A DNA stretch of 51,429 nucleotides from Nitrososphaerales archaeon (GTDB taxonomy: Archaea > Thermoproteota > Nitrososphaeria > Nitrososphaerales > JACPRH01): assembly GCA_030745655.1 (NCBI GenBank), contig JASLOE010000004.1, forward strand, positions 1-51,429. Reading direction: 5' to 3'. Below, piece after piece: positions 19,638-29,025 of this stretch; within the stretch, counting starts at the first letter, position 1; each line of letters opens with the position of its first letter. The position numbers and the translations under genes were made by a program. The notes below the pieces were generated by a model. It made no database searches. It saw only the letters and a list, made by a program, of their open reading frames with translations, and was not told the DNA's origin.

Positions 19638-19919
19638 CTAAACACGTCTAATTTTAAATTCTCTCTTTGGTTTTTGAATCGATAATAATAGCTGCTTAAT
19701 ATGTTCATCAGTAATTGGAGGACTTAACTTTCCTGTAGATGCCAGTCTAATAATATTATCTTCAATAATCTTAGAAACATCTGGTTTGACCATTCTGATA
19801 TTAGTTAATCTTTCACGTGCTTCAGAAGTTAAAAGCATTCTTAGCATTCCATCACGCATAGTCCTTTGATTCTCTTCTTCATCACGTGCTAATCGTTCTG
19901 TTTTTTCTTTTCCAGACAT
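19638..19919 (-). CDS. PDCD5-like DNA-binding protein
   Basis: LLTSEARERLTNIRMVKP, ITDEHIKQLL. Confidence 0.93.
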   Translation of the reverse strand: MSGKEKTERLARDEEENQRTMRDGMLRMLLTSEARERLTNIRMVKPDVSKIIEDNIIRLASTGKLSPPITDEHIKQLLLSIQKPKREFKIRRV

Positions 19920-19930
19920 AATTAATCACC

Positions 19931-20389
19931 TTATCGGATATATCTCTCTAAAGAGGGGTTGGCCTTAATAAGCTCTTTAAAAATTTCAGTACTAATACGA
20001 TCAAGTAAACTTCTGCCTTTACTAGACACAAATCTACCTTGACCATGTTTTTTAGATACAAGCCCGGTTGCTTCGAGTTGCATCAATGCTTTTCTTACAG
20101 CTGAACCTCCTGCTGCTTTATGATGTACTGCTGCAGAACCAACTTGAGTACCACCACCATAAGTTGACCTTAGATCAGTTAAACCGATTGGTCCTTTGAT
20201 GTACACCTTTCTTAAAAGTGATGCACATCTTGTATACCACCAATCTTTATTCTGGGGAGGTCTTTCAGTATGAGCCCCAGTTTTTACGAACAAGGTCCAC
20301 GATGGAGGGGATATTTGAGGTAATTTACGTAAATGATCACTTAATCGTTCGATTAATATATCTGAGGGGACATCGTATACAGTAGTCAT
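19931..20389 (-). CDS. rps19e: 30S ribosomal protein S19e
   Basis: TVYDVP, VKTGAHTERPP, WWYTRCASLLRK. Confidence 0.97.
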   Translation of the reverse strand: MTTVYDVPSDILIERLSDHLRKLPQISPPSWTLFVKTGAHTERPPQNKDWWYTRCASLLRKVYIKGPIGLTDLRSTYGGGTQVGSAAVHHKAAGGSAVRKALMQLEATGLVSKKHGQGRFVSSKGRSLLDRISTEIFKELIKANPSLERYIR

Positions 20390-20455
20390 TTATGTATCAA
20401 CCAGTATCCTTTAACCCAACGATGACATCTATTTAGGCTTATTCTCTGAAGATTA

Positions 20456-20782
20456 CTATTTGCTTTTTTTGTTCTTGTTTTTATACAGCTTTCTATACGT
20501 GTGACCACATTCTAAACAAGTTATTCTAATTGCTTTTGGACTGTGACCTATCCTTACACGTGATGTAACACCAGGTACAATAAATTTCTTACACTTTCTA
20601 CAGAAGAGCTGTTTTTCTCCATACAATAATCTAAGATTATATTTTAGGCATATTTGTCTAGATAATCTTGCCTGTCTTTTTGCTAGGTTCAAATCTTCCT
20701 TGGCTGTTTCAATAGACTTTGCCAAAAGAATATCAACTCGAGATCTTGCCAATAACTTCAAGTTAGCACGAGTAATTCTCAA
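20456..20782 (-). CDS. rnp4: Ribonuclease P subunit Rpp21
   Basis: FCRKC...PG..RVR...TCLECG zinc ribbon; upstream of S19e. Confidence 0.93.
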   Translation of the reverse strand: MRITRANLKLLARSRVDILLAKSIETAKEDLNLAKRQARLSRQICLKYNLRLLYGEKQLFCRKCKKFIVPGVTSRVRIGHSPKAIRITCLECGHTYRKLYKNKNKKSK

Positions 20783-20838
20783 TTAGCTTTTGATGAATCC
20801 GTGATAGATAAAAAGCTTGGTCTTTTGATACATTTGAC

Positions 20839-21513
20839 TTGTTAACTTTGATAATCGCTGAAGCTGCTCTCGAGATGATTCCGAAATCTCTTTGGAGGTT
20901 TCCTTCAATCATTAAGCAGTCAAAATCTAGGGGTAAACAACCAGGAGATATGTTGCTTGACAGGAGTTACCATCATTTCGAAATGTTAAAAATGGAAGAT
21001 CATACAAAACGAGGTCGACCAGATCTAATTCACTTTGCTCTCTTAGAGGTTACTTCGACTCCTTTATTCATGCAAAATCATCTAAATGTATGTATACACA
21101 CATATGATGATAAAGTGATCTTTCTTGGCAAATCAGTCAGACTTCCAAAGTCTTACTTTAGGTTTGAAGGATTAATGGAACATCTCTTCAAGGATAGTAA
21201 AATTGTTTCAAATGATCAATGTCTACTTGAGATTCTAAATATGAATTTTAAAGAACTTTTGAATAAAATCAAAGCATCATATGTAATCGGATTGTCAAGA
21301 TGTGGTTTATCAAGCAGCATTGCAAGTATCGTAAATGAATTAAAAAATAAAGATAGACCAGTTTTAGTAGTTGGAGGTTTTCCTCATGGTCATTTCTCTG
21401 AGAATATAAGTGGATGCTTTAAAAAAACCTATTCTATTAACAATCAAGGATTAGCTTCAAATGTCGTTATAGCACGAATTATCTATGAATATGAAAAGAT
21501 GATGGAAAAATAA
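20839..21513 (+). CDS. nep1: 16S rRNA pseudouridine N1-methyltransferase Nep1/Emg1
   Basis: LLDRSYHH, KRGRPDLIH, RLPKSYFRF, VGGFPHG. Confidence 0.94.
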   Translation: MLTLIIAEAALEMIPKSLWRFPSIIKQSKSRGKQPGDMLLDRSYHHFEMLKMEDHTKRGRPDLIHFALLEVTSTPLFMQNHLNVCIHTYDDKVIFLGKSVRLPKSYFRFEGLMEHLFKDSKIVSNDQCLLEILNMNFKELLNKIKASYVIGLSRCGLSSSIASIVNELKNKDRPVLVVGGFPHGHFSENISGCFKKTYSINNQGLASNVVIARIIYEYEKMMEK

Positions 21514-21545
21514 CTTTATGACTAACTGTGATTCTGGTCTAGTCG

Positions 21546-21619
21546 GCGGTCGTCGTCCAGTCTGGTTAGGACATCAGCCCTCCAAGCTGATAACACGGGT
21601 TCAAATCCCGTCGACCGCA
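21546..21619 (+). tRNA. tRNA-Gly(TCC), intronless
   Basis: GCGGTCG/CGACCGC acceptor stem, TCAGC/GCTGA anticodon stem, loop CC-TCC-AA, TTCAAAT T-loop. Confidence 0.93.
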
Positions 21620-21676
21620 TTGATTTATATTAACAAAAAGAATTAGAATAAGAAATTATATTATACTGGTTTATGC

Positions 21677-22048
21677 TTATACACCTTCAGTAGATTTCTT
21701 TAGCATAAATGCGCCATCCTTCATTATTAAATCATAAACATCATTCACTTCAAAACGAATTCCAAGGAGATCATATTCGGTTTCGGTTAAGAATAGAGTT
21801 AGTTTAGGTAGAGTAAGATCTCTAACTTGTGGGAATACACCAACAGATTTGAATTGATTTAAAATATTCTTAACTAATCTTGTTTCATCTCCACCTACCC
21901 CTGATGCTCCTGTAAAAGATGAAGAGTTTCTCTGTCTTGCTTCAACCAACTCAATCTGTTTTCCCAGTTTACCAGATTCAGGGTCTGTTATACTACTTAT
22001 CCTGAGAACCTTAACTAAAACCAATTGAGTTCGTTTTTGCTCCTTCAA
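21677..22048 (-). CDS. Arcadin-1-like protein
   Basis: ITDPESG..KQIELVE...PKLTLFLTETEYDLLG..EVNDVYDL..KDG matches the arcadin-1 pattern; start uncertain (TTG at 22048 assumed). Confidence 0.7.
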   Translation of the reverse strand: MKEQKRTQLVLVKVLRISSITDPESGKLGKQIELVEARQRNSSSFTGASGVGGDETRLVKNILNQFKSVGVFPQVRDLTLPKLTLFLTETEYDLLGIRFEVNDVYDLIMKDGAFMLKKSTEGV

Positions 22049-22262
22049 GTCTAGCCGCTTTTCTACCTGATTTAAATGTTGAGATATCAAAAGGAAGGTC
22101 ATATTTCCAATCAATGAAGGTATAATCGAATTGAATTTGGATTTACATATATTTTAAATTAATTTTTAATGCAATATCTCCATTTTTGTGTATGAAAATA
22201 AATATTATACCATATTGATATTCTTAGATACGACATCGAACCCTGCGAGCAAGCCTTTGAAT

Positions 22263-22775
22263 CTAGACATCATCTGCTGTTTGAAGGGTACCTTCTAACC
22301 CAGGAATTTCGGATGTTATTGGATCTGATATATTTTCGTCAAGTAATTCACTTTCATCTGCTTGAAGAAATGATGGTTCTTCATTCTTTTCCGCAGTAAT
22401 CTGTACAAGTTCTTCTGCGTACTCTTTGGTAATCACATCTGATTCAAGAAGATTTACTAGGGAATTAGCTGATGCTTCACCAGTAGCTTTTCCATTTATT
22501 CCTCGAATTTGGCGCCATTTCAGAATAGTATTTCCGCTTTTCGATGTATAAAGTATACCTAGAACATCTCTCACATTTAGGAATGATATCATCCTAATTT
22601 TCTTTAGAGTTACCTTGTCTGCAGCCTCAATGTATATTGAACCTGATTCTCCTTCTTTTTCTGGGAATACCTCTGTATCCCTAAGATAAATTTCAGGTAT
22701 GAATGTTAAGCATGTACTTGTGATGAGAAATCTTCTGAACGATTCAAGTGAACATGTTGTTTCTATGTTTACCAT
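22263..22775 (-). CDS. Conserved hypothetical protein with acidic tail
   Basis: Clean ORF; globular N-terminal part and acidic disordered C-terminus; ATG at 22775 assumed. Confidence 0.75.
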   Translation of the reverse strand: MVNIETTCSLESFRRFLITSTCLTFIPEIYLRDTEVFPEKEGESGSIYIEAADKVTLKKIRMISFLNVRDVLGILYTSKSGNTILKWRQIRGINGKATGEASANSLVNLLESDVITKEYAEELVQITAEKNEEPSFLQADESELLDENISDPITSEIPGLEGTLQTADDV

Positions 22776-22839
22776 TAAGATGCCCCCATCCCAATGTTTC
22801 ACAGTATCTCTTATTTACACTTTAAGTGATTGCATTACC

Positions 22840-22905
22840 TGCGAGCTGTGAAGAGGTTAGCCCTTGTGATTTAAGGTGAGCAAGATCTTGAGTTCTGAGC
22901 TCGCA
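22840..22905 (+). ncRNA. Box C/D methylation-guide sRNA
   Basis: Terminal stem TGCGAGC/GCTCGCA; C box GTGAAGA 22848-54; D' GTGA 22866-69; C' GTGAGCA 22876-82; D CTGA 22895-98; guides of 11 and 12 nt. Confidence 0.8.
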
Positions 22906-22939
22906 TTTAGTAAATACAATTAATTATTATATCTTGGAA

Positions 22940-23572
22940 TCACAATCTATATATGACAGCAAGAATCAGGACAAATAATATAACATTCAATGATTGAAAT
23001 AAACCTATTCTCCTAATTTTCTTAACTTTGGAATCGGTATTTAATTTATTCAGATGAGTTCTTTTAAGGTAAATCCACATCGAGATAAGAGGTGTAATTG
23101 ATAAAATGATAGCTGGATTCATCAATCTAAATATTATTATCACTATGAATTCAACACTAAATACTCCAACGCCTAAAAATATAATGTGTGAAATAGGATT
23201 CTTTTTTACCTGTAATATTCCTTGAACCTCTTTCTGAACAAGAGTGACAGAAATGAAGGTGAAAGTAAATAAGAGGAACCAGACACTGAGATTTTTTGTG
23301 GATACAGTTTCAAACATAATATAATATCCAAGAATTGTAATGGAAGTTAAAAGACTTGTAATGATAGGCAGGATAAACCCGTTAAATTGCATTTGGGTTA
23401 TTATTAATTTGAATCTAGTTATCTGAGCAATGAGAATTAGGATTGCAAAAGAAACAAAGAGAAAAAAAAGGATGTTGAGAATAGATGGATATGTTGACAT
23501 AGTTAGAAATGTTGTAAGGATTGATGCGAACCAGATTATAGTTGCACCATGTTCTCTGGGGAAGGTCTTCAC
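22940..23572 (-). CDS. YwiC-like membrane protein
   Basis: N-terminal PREHGA motif, about 7 TM segments, C-terminal RRIGLFQ. Confidence 0.65.
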   Translation of the reverse strand: MKTFPREHGATIIWFASILTTFLTMSTYPSILNILFFLFVSFAILILIAQITRFKLIITQMQFNGFILPIITSLLTSITILGYYIMFETVSTKNLSVWFLLFTFTFISVTLVQKEVQGILQVKKNPISHIIFLGVGVFSVEFIVIIIFRLMNPAIILSITPLISMWIYLKRTHLNKLNTDSKVKKIRRIGLFQSLNVILFVLILAVIYRL

Positions 23573-23808
23573 TCTTTAACTGATTAAATCTCTAGATTTA
23601 AAAATCTTCCAGATTTAGCATTATGAAATATGTATATTAAAAGAATCAAATTCTGTTCTCACTTGGTGCTTGACTTAACTTTTTAATTGCATATGACACA
23701 TTTTTTTCAGTATTACCAAATGATTAATGGTATAATATTATAATTATTCTTATTCAAATAAGTTTAATAATGATGTTTTCACTATTAAAAAATGGAGTAT
23801 GAAATAAG

Positions 23809-24042
23809 TTGCCTCTTTCGTTTGTTCTTATTAACGCCGATTTAGGAGCTGAAGATGACCTTCTAAAAGATCTAAGGGAAATAGAATTTGTAACAGAAGT
23901 CTTCATAGTCTATGGTGTATACGACATAGTTGTAAAAATAGAAGCTGATACTCTAGAAAAAGTAAAGGAAACAATAACATGGAAAATTAGGCGCTTAGAG
24001 AAAGTAAGATCAACTCTTACAATGATTGTGGTCGACAACTAA
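23809..24042 (+). CDS. Stand-alone Lrp/AsnC ligand-binding (RAM) domain protein
   Basis: FVLIN, VYGVYDIVVKIE, KIRRLEKVRSTLT. Confidence 0.92.
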   Translation: MPLSFVLINADLGAEDDLLKDLREIEFVTEVFIVYGVYDIVVKIEADTLEKVKETITWKIRRLEKVRSTLTMIVVDN

Positions 24043-24088
24043 TTTCTTGATTGTGCTCAAAGACAGTCCATCAAATCCTGAAACTAGG

Positions 24089-25414
24089 ATGGATAATAAA
24101 ACTCTTGTAGTGATTGCTATCGATGATACAGATTCAAAAAACGGTATGTGTACAACATATATCGCCTATTTACTTGTAGAACAGTTCTTAAGGAAAGGAG
24201 TATCATTTGAAGATTATCCAACTTTAATACGGCTTAATCCCAATATCCCATGGAAAACTAGAGGAAACGGTGCTGTATCTTTAAAGTTCCGTACTGAAGA
24301 TCCAGAAAAAGTATACGAAGATGCTTGTATGCTAGTATCAAAATATTCTGAGTTAGGGAATCAGGCAAATCCAGGTGTAGTGATGTCCACTATTAATCCA
24401 CCAAATATAGAGATCACAAATTTCGCAGAAACAGCCCTTTCTGAAGTAGTGAGCAGACGTGAAGCGATATCTCTAATGAAGAGACATAATATTCAATATC
24501 GTGGGTGGGGAAAACAAAGAGGATTAATAGGTGCTCTTGCTGCAATTGGAAATTTACTTCACAATGATGCCACATTTGAACTTCTTGCATTTAGATCTAA
24601 GGAGAATTGGGGTCATCAACGTGCAGTTGATAATGAATCAGTCAAAAAGATGAGTCGAGAAGTATATCCTGACACTTTTAATTGTTATGATGAAGAAAAA
24701 AAGAGAGTTCTGATAACTCCAAGAGGCCCAGACCCAGTTCTTTTAGGTGTTCGAGGTGAATATCCAGAAAAGGTGCTCCAAGCATATAAAATGATAAAGA
24801 TTGATGAAGCTGTAAAAGGATATTTGATATTCAAAACTAATCAAGGTACAGGTGCTCATCTTAAATCAAAGCTTGACCTTAGTGATTTGAAAGCATACAG
24901 AACAGGTCACTTTGAATGTACAGTTATCGATCCTCCAAAAACAGGGATTGGAGGACATGTTTACCTTAAAGTCAAGAATGAAGAAGGATATGCAGATTGT
25001 GCTGCCTATGAACCAACTGGAAGATTCCGAAAGTCTGTTCTATCTCTTATCCCAGGAGATTTAGTAGAAATTGCTGGTAGTGTTAGAAGGCGAACAAGTA
25101 AACATCCTGCCACCATAAATATGGAGTCTCTCTTGATTAAAAAAATTGTTGATGATATTAGCCTCATTAATCCAGACTGCAATATCTGTGGTAAACGTAT
25201 GAGTTCAAAAGGACAAAGTCAAGGATTCTATTGTGACTTCTGCAATAAAATTGATAGAAAAGCTGAAAAAGTGAAATTTAAAAATCCGAGAACAATTCAA
25301 ATTGGTATATATATTCCTCCCCCAAGAGCTCAAAGACATCTTACAAAACCAAAACAGCGTTATCTATTACAACATAAAACATATTCATCACTGATAGAAC
25401 ATTGGTTCAATTAA
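24089..25414 (+). CDS. tiaS: tRNA(Ile2) agmatidine synthetase
   Basis: IDDTDS..GMCTT, RLNPNIPWKTRGN, PRGPDPVL, TNQGT, AYEPTG, zinc ribbon, RHLTKP. Confidence 0.96.
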   Translation: MDNKTLVVIAIDDTDSKNGMCTTYIAYLLVEQFLRKGVSFEDYPTLIRLNPNIPWKTRGNGAVSLKFRTEDPEKVYEDACMLVSKYSELGNQANPGVVMSTINPPNIEITNFAETALSEVVSRREAISLMKRHNIQYRGWGKQRGLIGALAAIGNLLHNDATFELLAFRSKENWGHQRAVDNESVKKMSREVYPDTFNCYDEEKKRVLITPRGPDPVLLGVRGEYPEKVLQAYKMIKIDEAVKGYLIFKTNQGTGAHLKSKLDLSDLKAYRTGHFECTVIDPPKTGIGGHVYLKVKNEEGYADCAAYEPTGRFRKSVLSLIPGDLVEIAGSVRRRTSKHPATINMESLLIKKIVDDISLINPDCNICGKRMSSKGQSQGFYCDFCNKIDRKAEKVKFKNPRTIQIGIYIPPPRAQRHLTKPKQRYLLQHKTYSSLIEHWFN

Positions 25415-25477
25415 GATAACTGCAAAATAATAGTTAAAATTTAAGAAATAAATATATTTAGACAATAGTGCTTAACC

Positions 25478-25984
25478 TTGGGAAAAATAGCAAGAATATT
25501 ACGAAGATTATTTAGTAGAATACTGAGGAAACCTTGGAATTTCAGCTGGGTGATAAACGGAAAATTGGCTGGGTGTAGCCGTCCTGAATCAAAAAATGAT
25601 CTAATTTGGCTAAAGAATCAAGGTGTAGAATCAATTGTCAACCTTACAGAATATCCTATACCTAATGAATGGATAAAGAAGGCGGAATTAGGATATATGC
25701 ATGAATCTATCAATGACCACATGGCTCCATCTGTTGAACAAATCGACAAAATTATTTCGTTTATCCATGATGAAATCTCGAAAAAAAGACCTGTAACTGT
25801 CCATTGTGCTGCTGGACAGGGTCGAACTGGAACCATATTGGCTAGCTATATATTAAAACATCTAAGTTTCAATGCGAAAGAATCTATTGCGAAGATCCGA
25901 AAATTGAGGCCGCCATCGATAGAGGATTCACAAGAAAAATCTCTATATCTTTATGAAAATTATCTCCAGAAAACAAAAGGATGA
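25478..25984 (+). CDS. Dual-specificity protein phosphatase
   Basis: HCAAGQGRTG active-site loop, NFSWVI, IRKLRP. Confidence 0.93.
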   Translation: MGKIARILRRLFSRILRKPWNFSWVINGKLAGCSRPESKNDLIWLKNQGVESIVNLTEYPIPNEWIKKAELGYMHESINDHMAPSVEQIDKIISFIHDEISKKRPVTVHCAAGQGRTGTILASYILKHLSFNAKESIAKIRKLRPPSIEDSQEKSLYLYENYLQKTKG

Positions 25985-25990
25985 TAAGAG

Positions 25991-26135
25991 TAGCGAGGGG
26001 TGGATTTTCCCGGGATTTTTAACCCGTTTTGAACCACCGATTTCCGCGTGAATTTAGAATGATTCACTCTGCGGGTTTCTCACTCCAAACAGAAGTTATG
26101 AGCCCGCCGGGATAACCTGGCTTCCCCACCTCGCT
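25991..26135 (-). tRNA. Initiator tRNA-Met(CAT) with three introns (37/38, 45/46, 59/60)
   Basis: A1-U72, GGG/CCC anticodon stem; removing 26096-26077, 26068-26042 and 26027-26005 gives a 75-nt cloverleaf; each intron has a BHB-like motif. Confidence 0.9.
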
Positions 26136-26215
26136 GCTCAAGGAGAACTGACCATAAAGGGCGCTTAAATCTTTTTGTTGTCAAACAATATTATTGAAAA
26201 GATACTTTTCTTAGT

Positions 26216-26731
26216 TTATGATGGATTGTTAATCTCATCTATTATTTGTTGAACCTTCCATATGAATGCCTCTTTGATATGGCTGTTGTTTATTAACTTT
26301 AGAGTTTTTGTGCATTCAGGACATTTGAAAAACACTTCTATTGCTTCTTCAAAAGTTAGCTTCTTACATTCAGGTTTTCCACATGAATAGAATTCATGTG
26401 TTTCTTCAAATTCAAGTCTTTTCTGTAGACGATCTAACGCCTTCTTCTTTTGACCATTTATGAAACCGTCAACTTGGTCTCTTTGAGCTCTCCATCGATA
26501 AACAAACCATCCTCTCTTTAGGTCCCTGACTCTCACACCAGTAATTAGAGATTTTCCAAAGAGGTCATATAACGTTTTTCGTACAGTATTTATCTTTAGA
26601 CCTGTTGCACTTGCGATTTCTTCATCTGTCGCATTTTCACTATTAAGCAGAGCTCTTGCCACTCGAATATATTCTTCTCCGCCTAAAAGCCCTGCTATCT
26701 TTACAAATGGATCTTCATATTCTATCTTCAA
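26216..26731 (-). CDS. tfe: Transcription factor E alpha
   Basis: TDEEIA..G.KINTVRKTLY wHTH, GWFVYRW, C..C / FKCPEC zinc ribbon. Confidence 0.95.
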   Translation of the reverse strand: MKIEYEDPFVKIAGLLGGEEYIRVARALLNSENATDEEIASATGLKINTVRKTLYDLFGKSLITGVRVRDLKRGWFVYRWRAQRDQVDGFINGQKKKALDRLQKRLEFEETHEFYSCGKPECKKLTFEEAIEVFFKCPECTKTLKLINNSHIKEAFIWKVQQIIDEINNPS

Positions 26732-27255
26732 ATTAGCTTCTCCAAGTGTTTTCCTTTTTTACTAGAAACAACCTTGTATTTTGCATGGTTAAACTCACGT
26801 TTAAATTCTTCGCCTTTAAAAAGTCTATCAAGAAATACAGCCAAAGCAGCGACTTCAGAGTGTGGTTGATTACCTATTGCAATGTTAAAATCACTCTCTT
26901 TGTATAACTCCACTGGAACCTTTTTAGATCCAATAATCACTAAAACATCTCCTGAACTTTTGTGTATTTCATCCATAACTTCATTTAAATTCAAGCCGTA
27001 CATTGTAAGATGAACAATAATGCCTTCTCTCTTTTTCCATTCTGATAAAATACGTTTCCAATTATCAATTATATTCACTTCAAAATTTCCTCCCCATCTT
27101 TGATTAACCTTGCTTATAGTTTCTTTGACTTTTGGTTCACCATTAAATATGTAGATCTTTTCCACTCCAAATGCTCTGGCAACTAGACAGACATGGGTGG
27201 TCGCTCGGTCATCTCTAACAAGTCTATGCCCTATTCTGAGAACATGTACTACCAT
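26728..27255 (-). CDS. trm56: tRNA (cytidine56-2'-O)-methyltransferase
   Basis: LRIGHR..RDDR.TTHV.LVARAFG, HLTMYG, NQPHSEVAAL. Confidence 0.96.
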   Translation of the reverse strand: MVVHVLRIGHRLVRDDRATTHVCLVARAFGVEKIYIFNGEPKVKETISKVNQRWGGNFEVNIIDNWKRILSEWKKREGIIVHLTMYGLNLNEVMDEIHKSSGDVLVIIGSKKVPVELYKESDFNIAIGNQPHSEVAALAVFLDRLFKGEEFKREFNHAKYKVVSSKKGKHLEKLI

Positions 27256-27262
27256 CTTATTG

Positions 27263-28522
27263 TCACTCTTCTTTCTCACGAATTTCTTTAACAGCTTTAG
27301 AAAACCTATCTAGAACCCATGATTTAGTAGAAAGATTTAACATTAAATTACCACCATTTTGTTTTGTTATTTCTACTTTGCCTTGAGACTTCAACCAGTC
27401 AATTAAAGTTGAAAGGGATGCAATTTCATGTTTCTTTATCAATATGCTATCTTTTGTAGATTCGGATATATCGTTCTTTATTCTTTTTAATAATTCCTCG
27501 ATTCCAAAACCTGTCTTTGCGGAGATAAAAACTGAACTTTGAGTATTAACACCTGGGAATGATAATTTGGATTTCAGCTCTACTTCATCCACCATATCAG
27601 ATTTGTTAAAGACAAGAAAAACCTTATCTGGAGATACTCCTAAATCGATTAAAACATCTATGCAACTATTAAATCTCTTAGATATATCTTCAATTGGTTG
27701 AGATACATCTAAAATAAGGAGAAGTTGGTTAGCATAAGTTAATTCTTCAAGAGTTGATTTGAATGCTTCTATCATATAATTAGGGAGTTTACTTATGAAT
27801 CCAACTGTATCTGATAAGAGTATTTTGAAGCCATTATGATTCACTAATCTTGTGGAGGTTGTCAAAGTTGTAAAGTGGCTTTCTCCAATTTCTTTCTCAT
27901 CACCTGTGAGCTTATTGAAAAGTGTTGTCTTCCCTACCCCTGTATAGCCGGCAAGTGAGATTATTGGTATCTGCATTTTTTGCCTATGTATTCTATGTAA
28001 TTCTCTCATTTTTCTAGTGTGTTTCAGTTTCATTCTAATTTTAGATATTCTTCGTTTCAGATGTTGATTGTAGACATCTATTTCATATTTTCCTAATCCA
28101 AAAAATCCAGGTTGTTCTGCAATCCTAGCTAATCTAACCTTTTCTTTTGCTCTGGGTTTTTCATAAGTTAATTCAGCAAGTTCTACTTGGAGCTTTGCTT
28201 CTGTTGTAGTTGCTCGTTTAGAGAATATTTCCAATATCAATCTTTCTCGATCTATTATTTCACATCCAGTAAGTTTGGCTAAATTGTAAATCTGAGTTGA
28301 TCGAAGCTTCTCATCAAATATCACAATGTTTGCTCCAGTTTCTTCTGTTGTATCTCTCAGTTTCTCGGCTTTACCTTCACTTATCCCATATTTGGCCTTT
28401 GATAAAAATCTCTGCGTAATCGTTGATAAAATGATGTATTCTGCAGCTTCAGCTAGGCCTTTCGCTTCATTAACGCAAAATTGGTCTGGATAAGTTACTA
28501 ATACAGATTGCCTTTCCTGCAA
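27263..28522 (-). CDS. hflX: GTPase HflX
   Basis: LILEIF..RA.T.EAKLQVELA, GYTGVGKT, DTVGFI, NKSD, SAKTG. Confidence 0.95.
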   Translation of the reverse strand: MQERQSVLVTYPDQFCVNEAKGLAEAAEYIILSTITQRFLSKAKYGISEGKAEKLRDTTEETGANIVIFDEKLRSTQIYNLAKLTGCEIIDRERLILEIFSKRATTTEAKLQVELAELTYEKPRAKEKVRLARIAEQPGFFGLGKYEIDVYNQHLKRRISKIRMKLKHTRKMRELHRIHRQKMQIPIISLAGYTGVGKTTLFNKLTGDEKEIGESHFTTLTTSTRLVNHNGFKILLSDTVGFISKLPNYMIEAFKSTLEELTYANQLLLILDVSQPIEDISKRFNSCIDVLIDLGVSPDKVFLVFNKSDMVDEVELKSKLSFPGVNTQSSVFISAKTGFGIEELLKRIKNDISESTKDSILIKKHEIASLSTLIDWLKSQGKVEITKQNGGNLMLNLSTKSWVLDRFSKAVKEIREKEE

Positions 28523-28551
28523 TGATATATTCGTTGATTCTAAATGCGATA

Positions 28552-28962
28552 TTATTCTTCACCTTCTTCAGGTAGTAAAAGCTGTATCTTTAGGAAACGT
28601 TCAAGCTTTCTTGAGAGCATATCATTTGGTTTCAGTGTTCCTGTTTCAAGATGTCTAATTACTGAAATCTTTTCATTTATTCGTTTTCCCATTTCATCTT
28701 GGGATATCCCCTTTTTTTCTCTTGCAGACTTAATTGTTTTATTAAAGTCAATTCTGAGCTCTACATCGCTATCTTCATATGTTCTATTAATCGGTTTAGA
28801 TTTAGAAATAAAATGCCTTGGAGATTGGTTTTTTTGTGGTAGCTTTACAGATTTCCCTAGTTTAGAGCATGTAGAACAGACTTTGAATAATCCTCCATCT
28901 ACCTCAATTGTATCTGTTGGTCCTCTAATAGTGTTACCACAGATTTCACATCTTTCTACCAT
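28552..28962 (-). CDS. mbf1: Archaeal multiprotein bridging factor 1
   Basis: CEICG...VCSTC zinc ribbon plus Cro-type HTH (AREKKGISQ). Confidence 0.93.
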   Translation of the reverse strand: MVERCEICGNTIRGPTDTIEVDGGLFKVCSTCSKLGKSVKLPQKNQSPRHFISKSKPINRTYEDSDVELRIDFNKTIKSAREKKGISQDEMGKRINEKISVIRHLETGTLKPNDMLSRKLERFLKIQLLLPEEGEE

Positions 28963-29025
28963 AGATAGGTCACATCTGAAAGTGTAACATTAATATCTTT
29001 TCTTCTTTCGATAATGGACAAGTAA

